Below, piece after piece: positions 17,574-25,525 of a stretch of DNA of 64,000 nucleotides (positions within the stretch are counted from its first letter, which is position 1; each line of letters starts with the position of its first letter). The notes under the pieces are model-generated. The model ran no database searches, had not been told where the DNA came from, and worked only from the letters and a program-made list of their open reading frames with translations. Source of the DNA: an uncultured Gammaproteobacteria bacterium (GTDB lineage Bacteria; Patescibacteriota; Patescibacteriia; UBA9934); assembly GCA_964394565.1 (NCBI GenBank), contig CAYMYA010000001.1, forward strand, positions 4,124-68,123, written 5' to 3'. Position numbers and translations under genes: made by a program.

Positions 17574-19457
17574 ATGCTTTCTACAAACGATATTCGTCAA
17601 AAGTACCTTGAGTTTTTCCAGCAGCACGGCCACGTCGTCGTACCATCGTCGTCGCTCGTGCCAGAGAACGATCCCACGACACTCTTCACTGGCTCTGGCA
17701 TGCAGCCGATGATTTCGTATTTACTCGGTGAGCCACACCCTGCGGGAACGCGCATCGCGGACAGCCAGAAGTGTTTTCGTTCTGGAGATATTGAAGAAGT
17801 TGGCGACAATCGTCACACGACGTTCTTCGAGATGCTCGGGAACTGGAGCTTGGGCGATTACTTTAAGAGCGAACAGATCCCGTGGATGTATGAGTTCTTG
17901 ACGAGTGAGTTAAAACTCGACCCGAAACATTTGTACGTCACAGTGTTCCGTGGAAGCCCGGAGATTGCCGTTGCTCGTGATGACGAAGCGATTGCGCTCT
18001 GGACGAAATGCTTCGCAACCGCGGGCATCGATGCGAAGCTCGTCGAGAATGCCGAGGTTGGCGGAATACAAGGCGGACGAATTTTCTCGTATCCAGAAAA
18101 GAAAAATTGGTGGAGCCGTGCTGGCGTTCCGGGAAACATGCCTGTTGGTGAGCCCGGTGGGCCAGATACGGAAATGTTTTGGGATTTTGGGGAAGCGTTG
18201 GGTTTGCACGAATCGTCACCGTTCGCAGACCCCGTTTGCCATGTGAATTGTGACTGCGGACGATTCCTCGAAATAGGGAACAACGTGTTCATGCAATATA
18301 AGAAAACGGCAGATGGATTCGTTGAACTCCCTCAGCGTAATGTGGATTTTGGCGGCGGTCTCGAGCGTCTTGCTGCGGCAGCGAACAATGATCCTGATGT
18401 TTTTACGATCGATGTATTCACTCCATTTTTCGATGGAGTAAAGAACAGCTTTGGTTGGGATTATAAAACTGCGACTCCAGAAATGCAGAAAACCCTTCGT
18501 ATTATCGCTGATCATTTACGTGCGAGTATTTTCTTGATCGGTGATGGGATTCTTCCTACGAATAAGGATCAGGGATACTTTGTGCGCCGCTTACTTCGAC
18601 GTGCCATTCTTCGTTCGTGGAAATTGGGTCGCGGTTCATCGAATCTTTATCCATTAGTTCGAGCCTTTACGACAGTATATGCAGACGCTTACCCATATTT
18701 GTTAGAAAAGACAAAAGAAATTCAAACAATCGTCGAAACTGAAGAGACAAAGTTTGCGAAGACGATTGAGCAGGGTCTTCGTGAGCTGAAGAAGATTGTT
18801 GATCGCGGAAATGGCGTGACAGGAACGGATGCATTTAATTTGTATCAATCGTACGGCTTTCCACTGGAGTTGACCACGGAGGAATTGGAACGGTCGCACA
18901 ATCTCAAAATCGATGCAGATCAGTTCGCGGCTGATTTCAAAAAACATCAAGACTTGTCGCGTGCAGGAAGCGAGCAAAAGTTTGCTGGAGGACTTGCGGA
19001 TCATTCGGTAGAAACGACGAAGTTGCACACGGCCACGCATTTGCTGCACCAGGCGCTCCGCATGGTGTTAGGTGATCACGTCGCGCAAAAAGGAAGCAAC
19101 ATCACGGCAGAACGGTTGCGGTTTGATTTTTCACATGGCGAGAAAATGACGTCAGAGCAGTTGGTCGAGGTTGAAAAAATTATAAACGAGCAGATTGCAA
19201 AAGATCTTCCAGTCTCGTTTGATATGTTGACGGTTGAGGAGGCGAAGGCGCGGGGTGCTATCGGGCTTTTTGAAGATAAGTACGCGCAGGTTGGCGATAA
19301 GATCAAAGTGTATTCGGTTGGCGATTTTAGTAAGGAAATTTGTGGCGGTCCGCACGTGGAGCACACGGGGGAGCTGGGAGGAATCACGATTGTGAAGGAA
19401 GAAGCCGTTTCCGCTGGTGTGCGGCGAATCAAGGCTGTGCTTGGGAAACGGGTGTAA
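17574..19457 (+). CDS. alaS: alanine--tRNA ligase (short form lacking the C-Ala domain)
   Basis: Class II catalytic core (FTGSGMQP, FFEMLGNWSLGDYF) plus the editing-domain HxxxH/CGGPH motifs. Length is 627 aa versus about 875 aa for E. coli AlaRS. Confidence 0.9.
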   Translation: MLSTNDIRQKYLEFFQQHGHVVVPSSSLVPENDPTTLFTGSGMQPMISYLLGEPHPAGTRIADSQKCFRSGDIEEVGDNRHTTFFEMLGNWSLGDYFKSEQIPWMYEFLTSELKLDPKHLYVTVFRGSPEIAVARDDEAIALWTKCFATAGIDAKLVENAEVGGIQGGRIFSYPEKKNWWSRAGVPGNMPVGEPGGPDTEMFWDFGEALGLHESSPFADPVCHVNCDCGRFLEIGNNVFMQYKKTADGFVELPQRNVDFGGGLERLAAAANNDPDVFTIDVFTPFFDGVKNSFGWDYKTATPEMQKTLRIIADHLRASIFLIGDGILPTNKDQGYFVRRLLRRAILRSWKLGRGSSNLYPLVRAFTTVYADAYPYLLEKTKEIQTIVETEETKFAKTIEQGLRELKKIVDRGNGVTGTDAFNLYQSYGFPLELTTEELERSHNLKIDADQFAADFKKHQDLSRAGSEQKFAGGLADHSVETTKLHTATHLLHQALRMVLGDHVAQKGSNITAERLRFDFSHGEKMTSEQLVEVEKIINEQIAKDLPVSFDMLTVEEAKARGAIGLFEDKYAQVGDKIKVYSVGDFSKEICGGPHVEHTGELGGITIVKEEAVSAGVRRIKAVLGKRV

Positions 19458-19810
19458 ATGATCATTATAGAAAGTGCTACGGCCGGCCACCTGGGGAAGG
19501 TGGCCGGCCGTTCGTGAGCGGGGGGCTAGCGGCGCTTGTCAGCGTCCGCGCGCTCCCCGGTGGGGAAGAGACGGGGCGCAGTCATCCGGAGCACGTCCGG
19601 GTGACCGGCAAGAGCCGCTTTACGGCTCTTGCCGTTGGGAGGCCGGGCTTCGGCGAGGCGGAGGGCCTCGGCCGGGGACGGGGGGGAGCAGTGGGAAGCG
19701 CAGTGGCGCGCTCCCCGGTGGGCGGCAGACGATCTGCGACTCATCAGCGTGGAACTCCAAATGGAGTAGCGGGATATACCGCCATAGCCCTGGTCAAGAC
19801 GGCCAAGACT
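19458..19810 (+). ncRNA. GC-rich (~70%) highly structured intergenic element, candidate ncRNA of unknown class
   Basis: The segment has a sharp GC excess over flanking sequence, two perfect 12-bp hairpins (19481-19509, 19605-19634), further GC stems and a 17-nt direct repeat GCGCGCTCCCCGGTGGG at 19548-19564 and 19706-19722. Its only ORFs are GC-artefact ORFs rich in Gly/Arg/Pro. It sits between the alaS stop and the infA promoter. Confidence 0.35.
19481..19509 (+). terminator. perfect 12-bp GC hairpin (GGCCGGCCACCT-GGGGA-AGGTGGCCGGCC) 24 nt after the alaS stop; possible terminator, no U-tract
   Basis: Read directly from the sequence. Confidence 0.45.
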
Positions 19811-19869
19811 TAAAAATAATAGCATATTTTGAAGAAAAATCAAAATTTGGCCAATCTGGGGGTAAATTC

Positions 19870-19897
19870 TTGACAGGTTGGGGGGATTTGTTACACT
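19870..19897 (+). promoter_or_regulatory. sigma70-like promoter (TTGACA-16 nt-TACACT) with upstream A/T-rich UP-like tract, driving infA-rpmJ-rpsM operon
   Basis: -35 TTGACA at 19870-19875 and -10 TACACT at 19892-19897, separated by a 16-nt spacer, with an AT-rich 19801-19860 upstream. Confidence 0.5.
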
Positions 19898-19960
19898 TTC
19901 GTCGCTTTACTCAGCGGTTCGTGCGCCCGCGCGAGCGGATGTGGTACGATATCGCAAGTT

Positions 19961-20176
19961 ATGGCGGAAAAAGACTTTATTGAAATGCGCGGTGAGATTC
20001 TGGAAAGTCTTCCCTCGGGAAGCTTTCGCGTGAAACTCGAAAACGACCGCGAAGTCATTGGGCACTTGGCAGGCAAGCTGCGAAAAAATCGCATCCGCGT
20101 TCTGCCAGGCGATGACGTCAAAGTTGAGATCAGTCCATATGATCTCACAAAAGCACGAATCACGTTCCGTTTCTAG
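19961..20176 (+). CDS. infA: translation initiation factor IF-1
   Basis: 71 aa ([70 protein letters not shown]), a full-length IF-1 S1-like fold. Confidence 0.95.
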   Translation: MAEKDFIEMRGEILESLPSGSFRVKLENDREVIGHLAGKLRKNRIRVLPGDDVKVEISPYDLTKARITFRF

Positions 20177-20269
20177 CGGATCGGCATCTCGAGCTTCGAC
20201 CCAATCATCCCTCAATATTTTGGATGATTTTGTCTTATTCCGTTCCGTCGCTAATTCATCAGTCGCATT

Positions 20270-20383
20270 ATGAAAGTTCGCGCTTCCGTCAAAAAGATGT
20301 GCCGCGATTGCCAGGTCATCCGTCGAGAAGGCCGTGTTCGCGTCATTTGTAAGACTCCTAAACATAAGCAGCGACAAGGCTAA
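20270..20383 (+). CDS. rpmJ: 50S ribosomal protein L36
   Basis: Manual translation gives [37 protein letters not shown], near-identical in pattern to E. coli L36. It is absent from the ORF track because it is shorter than 60 aa. Confidence 0.9.
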   Translation: MKVRASVKKMCRDCQVIRREGRVRVICKTPKHKQRQG

Positions 20384-20386
20384 TCT

Positions 20387-20773
20387 ATGGCACGTATTGC
20401 TGGTGTAACTCTTCCGTCGCAGAAGCGTCTCGTGATTGCTCTGCAGTATATTTACGGCGTTGGTGAAAAGCGCGCCATGGATATTTTAGATCGCGCAAAG
20501 GTTAGCGGTGATGTCCGAGTGAAAGATCTGTCACCCGAGCAAGAAAACGCCGTTCGTACTATTGTGGAAAAAGAATATCGTGTCGAAGGTGAGTTGCGCC
20601 GCGATGTGATGTCGAACATTAAGCGCTTGAAGGATGTTGCTGCGTACCGCGGCGTGCGTCACATGAAAGGACTTCCTGTCCGTGGACAGCGTACAAAATC
20701 CAATTCACGAACTGTGCGCGGCAACGTGCGCAAGACTGCAGGAAGCGGTCGTCGTGTTCTTGCAAAGACCTAA
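20387..20773 (+). CDS. rpsM: 30S ribosomal protein S13
   Basis: [26 protein letters not shown]... is the S13 signature. Confidence 0.95.
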   Translation: MARIAGVTLPSQKRLVIALQYIYGVGEKRAMDILDRAKVSGDVRVKDLSPEQENAVRTIVEKEYRVEGELRRDVMSNIKRLKDVAAYRGVRHMKGLPVRGQRTKSNSRTVRGNVRKTAGSGRRVLAKT

Positions 20774-20776
20774 GCT

Positions 20777-21229
20777 ATGACTGAAGAAACCATCATCGAG
20801 ACCCCAGCAGTAGAAATGACTGCTGCAGAAGCGTCCAATGCAAAGAAGGCTGCCGCCAAGGGAAAAAAGAAGGCGGTGCGTCAAATCCCACAGGGTCGCG
20901 CATACGTTCATGCAAGTTTCAATAACACGATCGTGTCGTTGACGGATGCAAATGGAAACGTGATTGCGTGGTCGAGCGCTGGAAATTGTGGCTTCAAGGG
21001 TCCAAAGAAGGCAACGCCATACGCTGCAAGCGTGATTGTGAAGAAGATCACGGAGAAGTGCGAGCCGTACGGACTGAAAGATCTTCACGTCTTTGTGACG
21101 GGGATCGGAAATGGTCGTGATGCCGCAGTTCGTGCACTGAATACATCAGGGTTTAACGTGCTCTCCATTAAGGACACGACGCCGGTACCACACAATGGTT
21201 GCCGCCCGCGCCGTGCTCGTCGCATGTAA
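20777..21229 (+). CDS. rpsK: 30S ribosomal protein S11
   Basis: GRAYVHASFNNTIVSLTD...LHVFVTGIGNGRDAAVRAL is the S11 signature. Confidence 0.95.
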   Translation: MTEETIIETPAVEMTAAEASNAKKAAAKGKKKAVRQIPQGRAYVHASFNNTIVSLTDANGNVIAWSSAGNCGFKGPKKATPYAASVIVKKITEKCEPYGLKDLHVFVTGIGNGRDAAVRALNTSGFNVLSIKDTTPVPHNGCRPRRARRM

Positions 21230-21232
21230 TCT

Positions 21233-21853
21233 ATGGGAAAGAATTTGAGCCCAATGGGCAAAATGAGTCGTCGCGAAGGGGTTGCGCTGTCAACGTCGAT
21301 GTCGACGCTCAAAGTGATGCAGAAGCGACCATACATTCCTGGTGTGCACGGCAAGGCCGGCATGCGCCCAGCGAAGGTATCGGTTTTCGGTACGCAGTTG
21401 CGCGAGAAACAAAAAGCAAAGCGTTTGTACGGTATTTTGGAGCGTCAGTTCCGGAACTACTTTACAAAAGCAACGAGCATGCCGGGCAACACGGGTGAAA
21501 ATCTTGGTCGATTGCTGGAGATGCGGTTGGATAACGTGGTATTTCGTCTCGGATTTGCAAAGACGCGTCCACAGGCTCGTCAAATGGTAAGCCATTGCAT
21601 GTTCCTGGTGAATGGGCAAAAAGTAAACATCGCATCATATTCCGTGAAGGTGAATGATACGATTGAGATCAAGGCGAACAAAAAGGCGAAGAAGGTTTTT
21701 TCAGATCTTGATGAACGCCTGAAAACACACCGTGTTCCAGGGTGGCTGCACCGCGAGGGTGAGGTCGGTAAAGTGGTGAGTCTTCCAATGGGGGATGATC
21801 TGAAGGAAGCATACGATCCAAAGCTCATTATCGAGTTCTACTCGATGCGCTAA
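21233..21853 (+). CDS. rpsD: 30S ribosomal protein S4
   Basis: The S4 N-terminus and the S4 RNA-binding domain (RLDNVVFRLGFAKTRPQARQMVSHCMFLVNGQKVNIASY) are present. Confidence 0.95.
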   Translation: MGKNLSPMGKMSRREGVALSTSMSTLKVMQKRPYIPGVHGKAGMRPAKVSVFGTQLREKQKAKRLYGILERQFRNYFTKATSMPGNTGENLGRLLEMRLDNVVFRLGFAKTRPQARQMVSHCMFLVNGQKVNIASYSVKVNDTIEIKANKKAKKVFSDLDERLKTHRVPGWLHREGEVGKVVSLPMGDDLKEAYDPKLIIEFYSMR

Positions 21854-21878
21854 ACGCTTAGTCCCATAATTTCTCACT

Positions 21879-22628
21879 ATGGAGACCATCTTCCTTCCCT
21901 CAAAAATGCATTTCGCGCCAGGCGCTGCGATGCATGAAAGTATTCTCACCATTGAGCCGTTGCATCATGGGTACGGCACAACGGTGGGCAATGCGCTACG
22001 TCGTGTCATGCTTTCTTCACTTCCTGGTGCGGCAGTGACCGCCATGAAAATCAAAGGTGTTCAGCATGAGTTTTCTACGGTGCCCGGTGTAAAAGAGGAC
22101 GTACTCGATATCATGCTGAACTTAAAGAAGTTACGCATGAAGGTACACTCAGAGGAGCCGGTGACGTTGAAGCTCGTTGCAAACAAGGAAGGCGTGGTGA
22201 CTGCGGAAGCATTTGAAAAGAATGCAGATGTGGAAATCGCAAACGCCGATCTTGAGCTCGCAACGATTACTGACGCAAAGGCGGTACTCGATTTGGAAAT
22301 CACGGTTTCCCGCGGACGCGGTTATGTTCCAACAGAGGAGCGAGACAGCGCACCAACAGAAATCGGTGTGATCTCTATTGATGCGATGTTCAGCCCAGTA
22401 CGAAACGTCGGATTCCGTGTTGAGAACACTCGTGTTGGAGAAATCACCAACTACGACAAGCTCATCATGAATATCACCACTGATGGCACCGTGACACCGC
22501 AAGAAGCTGTTGAACAGACCACAAAAATTTTACTCAATCACTTCACGTGGATTCAGGGTCAACTCAACCACGCAAGTCTCACTGAACAGATTGCCCGTGC
22601 ATCGGAGGACGCCGAGCCAACCGAGTAA
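21879..22628 (+). CDS. rpoA: DNA-directed RNA polymerase alpha subunit, N-terminal domain only (no alpha-CTD)
   Basis: TIEPLHHGYGTTVGNALRRVMLSSLPG aligns with the E. coli alpha NTD. The protein ends at 249 aa with an acidic tail and rplQ follows directly, so no CTD is encoded here. Confidence 0.9.
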   Translation: METIFLPSKMHFAPGAAMHESILTIEPLHHGYGTTVGNALRRVMLSSLPGAAVTAMKIKGVQHEFSTVPGVKEDVLDIMLNLKKLRMKVHSEEPVTLKLVANKEGVVTAEAFEKNADVEIANADLELATITDAKAVLDLEITVSRGRGYVPTEERDSAPTEIGVISIDAMFSPVRNVGFRVENTRVGEITNYDKLIMNITTDGTVTPQEAVEQTTKILLNHFTWIQGQLNHASLTEQIARASEDAEPTE

Positions 22629-22633
22629 ATCGT

Positions 22634-22984
22634 ATGCGTCATCGAAATAAAACAAAAACACTGGGCCGCAAGGCTGCTCCACGGAAGGCGCTTATTCGCG
22701 ACTTGGTTACCGCAATGGTAACGTATGAGCGCATTGAGGTCACTGCAGGTAAGGCACGTGTTGCCCGTCCAGTTGTGGAAAAAATGATCACGATTGCGAA
22801 GAAGAACACTCTCGCATCTCGTCGCCAGCTTTTGGCATACTTCACCACGGAGCAGCCAGTGAAAAAGCTCATTGAAGTTCTTGCGCCACGATTTAAAGAT
22901 CGCAATGGTGGGTATACGCGCATGACCAAGATGGGAACGCGTCAGGGCGATGCTGCAGAAACGGCAATGATTGAATTTGTCTAA
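22634..22984 (+). CDS. rplQ: 50S ribosomal protein L17
   Basis: MRHRNKTKTLGRKAAPRKALIRDLV... is the L17 signature. Confidence 0.95.
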   Translation: MRHRNKTKTLGRKAAPRKALIRDLVTAMVTYERIEVTAGKARVARPVVEKMITIAKKNTLASRRQLLAYFTTEQPVKKLIEVLAPRFKDRNGGYTRMTKMGTRQGDAAETAMIEFV

Positions 22985-22985
22985 T

Positions 22986-23342
22986 ATGGCAACCCCAACA
23001 CGAAAAACCTATACAGTTGATGCATCGGGAAAGATTCTCGGGCGTCTTGCGACGGATATTGCAATGCACCTCATGGGCAAGACGAGTGCGGTGTTTCAGC
23101 CGAACATCGATGCTGGTGACGAAGTTGTCGTGACGAACGTTGCGAAGATTAAGGTGACCGGAAAGAAGTACGAGCAGAAGAAGTACTATACACACTCAGG
23201 TCAGCCGGGTGGTTTGAAAACAAAAACCATGCGCCAGATTTGGGAAAAAGAGCCAGCAGAAGTTCTGCGGCAAGCGGTTTCACGCATGTTACCGAAGAAC
23301 AAGCACCGCACGGCACGCATGATTCGTCTCACTATCTCGTAA
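22986..23342 (+). CDS. rplM: 50S ribosomal protein L13
   Basis: MATPTRKTYTVDASGKILGRLAT...: L13 family, a short 118-aa version. Confidence 0.9.
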   Translation: MATPTRKTYTVDASGKILGRLATDIAMHLMGKTSAVFQPNIDAGDEVVVTNVAKIKVTGKKYEQKKYYTHSGQPGGLKTKTMRQIWEKEPAEVLRQAVSRMLPKNKHRTARMIRLTIS

Positions 23343-23343
23343 T

Positions 23344-23736
23344 ATGGCAACCAAGTATTTTCAAGCAATTGGTCGCCGCAAGACGGCAACCGCACAGGTG
23401 CGCATTTCTGTAGGATCTGGGAAGATTGTCGTGAACGGGAAGCCGTTCGAAACATTTTTCACGACTGAAGAACTTCGCGGTGTTGTGGTGCGCCCACTGA
23501 AGGAAGTAGGGAAGGCGGATGCATTTGACGTGAGTATTAAAACGGTTGGTGGCGGTATGGTTGGTCAGGCCGATGCATCACGCCTCGGTATTGCTCGTGC
23601 CCTTGTTGAAATGGAGGCAGAGCTCAAGACGGCACTCAAGGCCGCTGGTCTCATGACCCGTGATCCACGAAAGAAGGAGCGCAAGAAGTTCGGAAAGCGC
23701 GGCGCACGCCGCAGCCCACAGTGGCGCAAGCGTTAA
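23344..23736 (+). CDS. rpsI: 30S ribosomal protein S9
   Basis: The C-terminal GARRSPQWRKR and a GGGMVGQA core are the S9 signature. Confidence 0.95.
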   Translation: MATKYFQAIGRRKTATAQVRISVGSGKIVVNGKPFETFFTTEELRGVVVRPLKEVGKADAFDVSIKTVGGGMVGQADASRLGIARALVEMEAELKTALKAAGLMTRDPRKKERKKFGKRGARRSPQWRKR

Positions 23737-23750
23737 TTACGGAAACAGAT

Positions 23751-23783
23751 CCCTCTCGTCAGCTCGGGAGGGATTTGTTATTG
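23751..23783 (+). terminator. rho-independent terminator after rpsI
   Basis: Stem CCCTCTCG / CGGGAGGG (8 bp, one G-U) with loop TCAGCT, followed by ATTTGTTATTG. Confidence 0.6.
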
Positions 23784-23792
23784 TGGTGACGT

Positions 23793-23951
23793 ATGAAGTT
23801 TTCTGAAATCGTTAGAGCTGTTCGGCGCATTGGAAAGGGAAGGAATAAAGCTTTTGAAACAAAACCTATTTCGCGCGATCAGCTGAAGAAGGCGGCAGAA
23901 AGATTTTCTACCAACTATGGTGGTGTCATTAAGGATCTTTCTAGAGAATAG
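23793..23951 (+). CDS. putative antitoxin (Phd-like partner of Doc), 52 aa
   Basis: Small ORF MKFSEIVRAVRRIGKGRNKAFETKPISRDQLKKAAERFSTNYGGVIKDLSRE ending 2 nt before the Doc-family gene. It is below the ORF-track size cut-off, and the antitoxin call is positional. Confidence 0.4.
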   Translation: MKFSEIVRAVRRIGKGRNKAFETKPISRDQLKKAAERFSTNYGGVIKDLSRE

Positions 23952-23953
23952 GT

Positions 23954-24370
23954 GTGAAACTTGTTTATCCCACGCGTCCTGAGATCGAAGAGTGGGCGAC
24001 TTGGGTTGGGAATTCGGGTTCACTGTATAAATACTTGCCAATTGTAGATGCCCGTTGGGCTAAGATAATTGAGGGTGAGTTTCAACTTACGGCATTAAGT
24101 CAGGACAGAAATGACGCGTTGAGATTTTCGGCGAGGCTGTTCTATCGAATAATAAAAAATCACAGATTTGTTGACGGGAATAAACGATCGTCTCTGGTAA
24201 ATGTTTATCTTTTCTTATCGATGAATGGGCTAGAATTAATGATTCCTCCGAGGTTACTTTATCACCTCGCAAAACAAGTTGCTGGTTCAGACGACGATCA
24301 AGAAGTCGTGATCAATATGATCGCAAAACGGTTTGGGGAAGATATTAAGGTTTGGGTAAATAAAGACTAG
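23954..24370 (+). CDS. doc: Doc/Fic-family toxin (death-on-curing)
   Basis: The Fic/Doc active-site motif HRFVDGNKRSSL (HxFx[D/N]GNKR) is present; the gene is 138 aa with a GTG start. Confidence 0.8.
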   Translation: MKLVYPTRPEIEEWATWVGNSGSLYKYLPIVDARWAKIIEGEFQLTALSQDRNDALRFSARLFYRIIKNHRFVDGNKRSSLVNVYLFLSMNGLELMIPPRLLYHLAKQVAGSDDDQEVVINMIAKRFGEDIKVWVNKD

Positions 24371-24381
24371 CTCACAGATGT

Positions 24382-24696
24382 ATGAAAAGTTTAAGGGTAT
24401 ATATTGAAGATCGAAAGATGTTTCTAGAGACGAAAATGGATGAGCCCAAGTGGGAAGGAATAGCTCTTTCGGAGTCTTTGTCCTGGGATGAGATACTTGT
24501 TCTGGTCCCTGGAAGAATACTTGATACAGATTTTGACGAGGATGTTTTTAGACGATTAATGAGCTTGACTCGCTCTCTACCTGTCATCTCAAAATATCAA
24601 TACAAAGATGATTTACAGGCATTGATGTGTGAATTTCGAAACCAGGGGACTATCGGGATAGTTAACTATATTTTCAATCTCTATAGTTTGAAGTAA
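24382..24696 (+). CDS. hypothetical protein (104 aa) in AT-rich islet
   Basis: Clean ORF with no recognisable motifs and lower GC than its surroundings. Confidence 0.5.
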   Translation: MKSLRVYIEDRKMFLETKMDEPKWEGIALSESLSWDEILVLVPGRILDTDFDEDVFRRLMSLTRSLPVISKYQYKDDLQALMCEFRNQGTIGIVNYIFNLYSLK

Positions 24697-24726
24697 ATGT
24701 TTTAGAAGCGTTAAACACGAGCAAGG

Positions 24727-24748
24727 AGTCCCCGAAAGGGGATTTTTT
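24727..24748 (+). terminator. rho-independent terminator (GTCCCC-GAAA-GGGGAT followed by TTTTTTG)
   Basis: Read directly from the sequence. Confidence 0.55.
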
Positions 24749-24868
24749 GATACGCAAATATAGTCTGATCGGGAAACATATGCGTAATATGTTTTACGAC
24801 ACTTGCAGAAATGGTATATACTCATTAAGCATTACTGAATCTCAGATTGCGTAACACTTGATTTTTTT

Positions 24869-25516
24869 ATGGCACTTGAAGCAACACACGTTCGGTTCGC
24901 GCTTGATCTCTTACCAGTACTGCCGGTTGTCGACATTGGCGGATATTGTGCCGGGGCAGTGTACCCGGATACTCGATATGTCACTCGAGTCGATCGGAAC
25001 GTCACACACGGTCTTGATTGCCCTCATGATCCGTTCGCGGAGGGTCTTACTGACTTTCAGCGTGGCTGGGCGACGCATTTGTTATATGATCACTTGGCGG
25101 GCGACGCGATGAAGCAGTATTTATCGCCCGAACTCGGTTCGTTATCAGCGGGCTCTCCGGCATGGGTAGAATTCACTGCCATGAAAGTCGTTGAAGATTT
25201 GGAGACACTACGCAGACGGCCAGATGTCCTTGATCATCTCCGGAGACTCTCGATCCGAAAGTCACCCTCAGGCGAGTCACTCGAGCAGCTGCAGTTACAT
25301 TTTTCGCTTACGTCTACACTCTATCGCTCGGTTCCAGAGTTTCGTGAGTACAGTCAATGGTTTTGTGCTATTGGTGCTCCGAAAGATCTCACGTACGGCA
25401 TTGCGGGGCTAGCGCAAAGCATGGTCGAGAATGCTGAACTTTTTGCGAATCTTACGGCAATTTATGAGCAGACGCTTGCGGGTGTTTTGGTTGATCAACT
25501 GCATAAAACAGCGTAA
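24869..25516 (+). CDS. hypothetical protein (215 aa); weak zinc-dependent phospholipase C / P1-nuclease-like His pattern
   Basis: ATHVRFALDL ... HLLYDHL His-containing motifs; no confident family. It is the first gene of the glycan cluster. Confidence 0.5.
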   Translation: MALEATHVRFALDLLPVLPVVDIGGYCAGAVYPDTRYVTRVDRNVTHGLDCPHDPFAEGLTDFQRGWATHLLYDHLAGDAMKQYLSPELGSLSAGSPAWVEFTAMKVVEDLETLRRRPDVLDHLRRLSIRKSPSGESLEQLQLHFSLTSTLYRSVPEFREYSQWFCAIGAPKDLTYGIAGLAQSMVENAELFANLTAIYEQTLAGVLVDQLHKTA

Positions 25517-25525
25517 ACTGCTTCC

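Noticed and set aside
19548-19722. CRISPR array possibility (17-nt direct repeat)
   Set aside because: There are only two copies, about 160 nt apart, with no regular repeat-spacer periodicity and no cas genes. It is not a CRISPR array.
19458-19810. Identity of the GC-rich element as RNase P RNA, SRP RNA or tmRNA
   Set aside because: The P4 strands of RNase P, the SRP domain IV motif and the tmRNA T-arm/ACCA end were all sought and none found. The element is therefore left as an unclassified candidate ncRNA rather than assigned to a known family.
19340-19983. Overlapping 157-aa and 169-aa + ORFs and a 105-aa minus ORF in the GC-rich element
   Set aside because: Gly/Arg/Pro/Ala-rich translations are typical of random ORFs in GC-rich DNA, and one runs through the AT-rich promoter into infA. 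The segment is treated as non-coding structured RNA or DNA instead.
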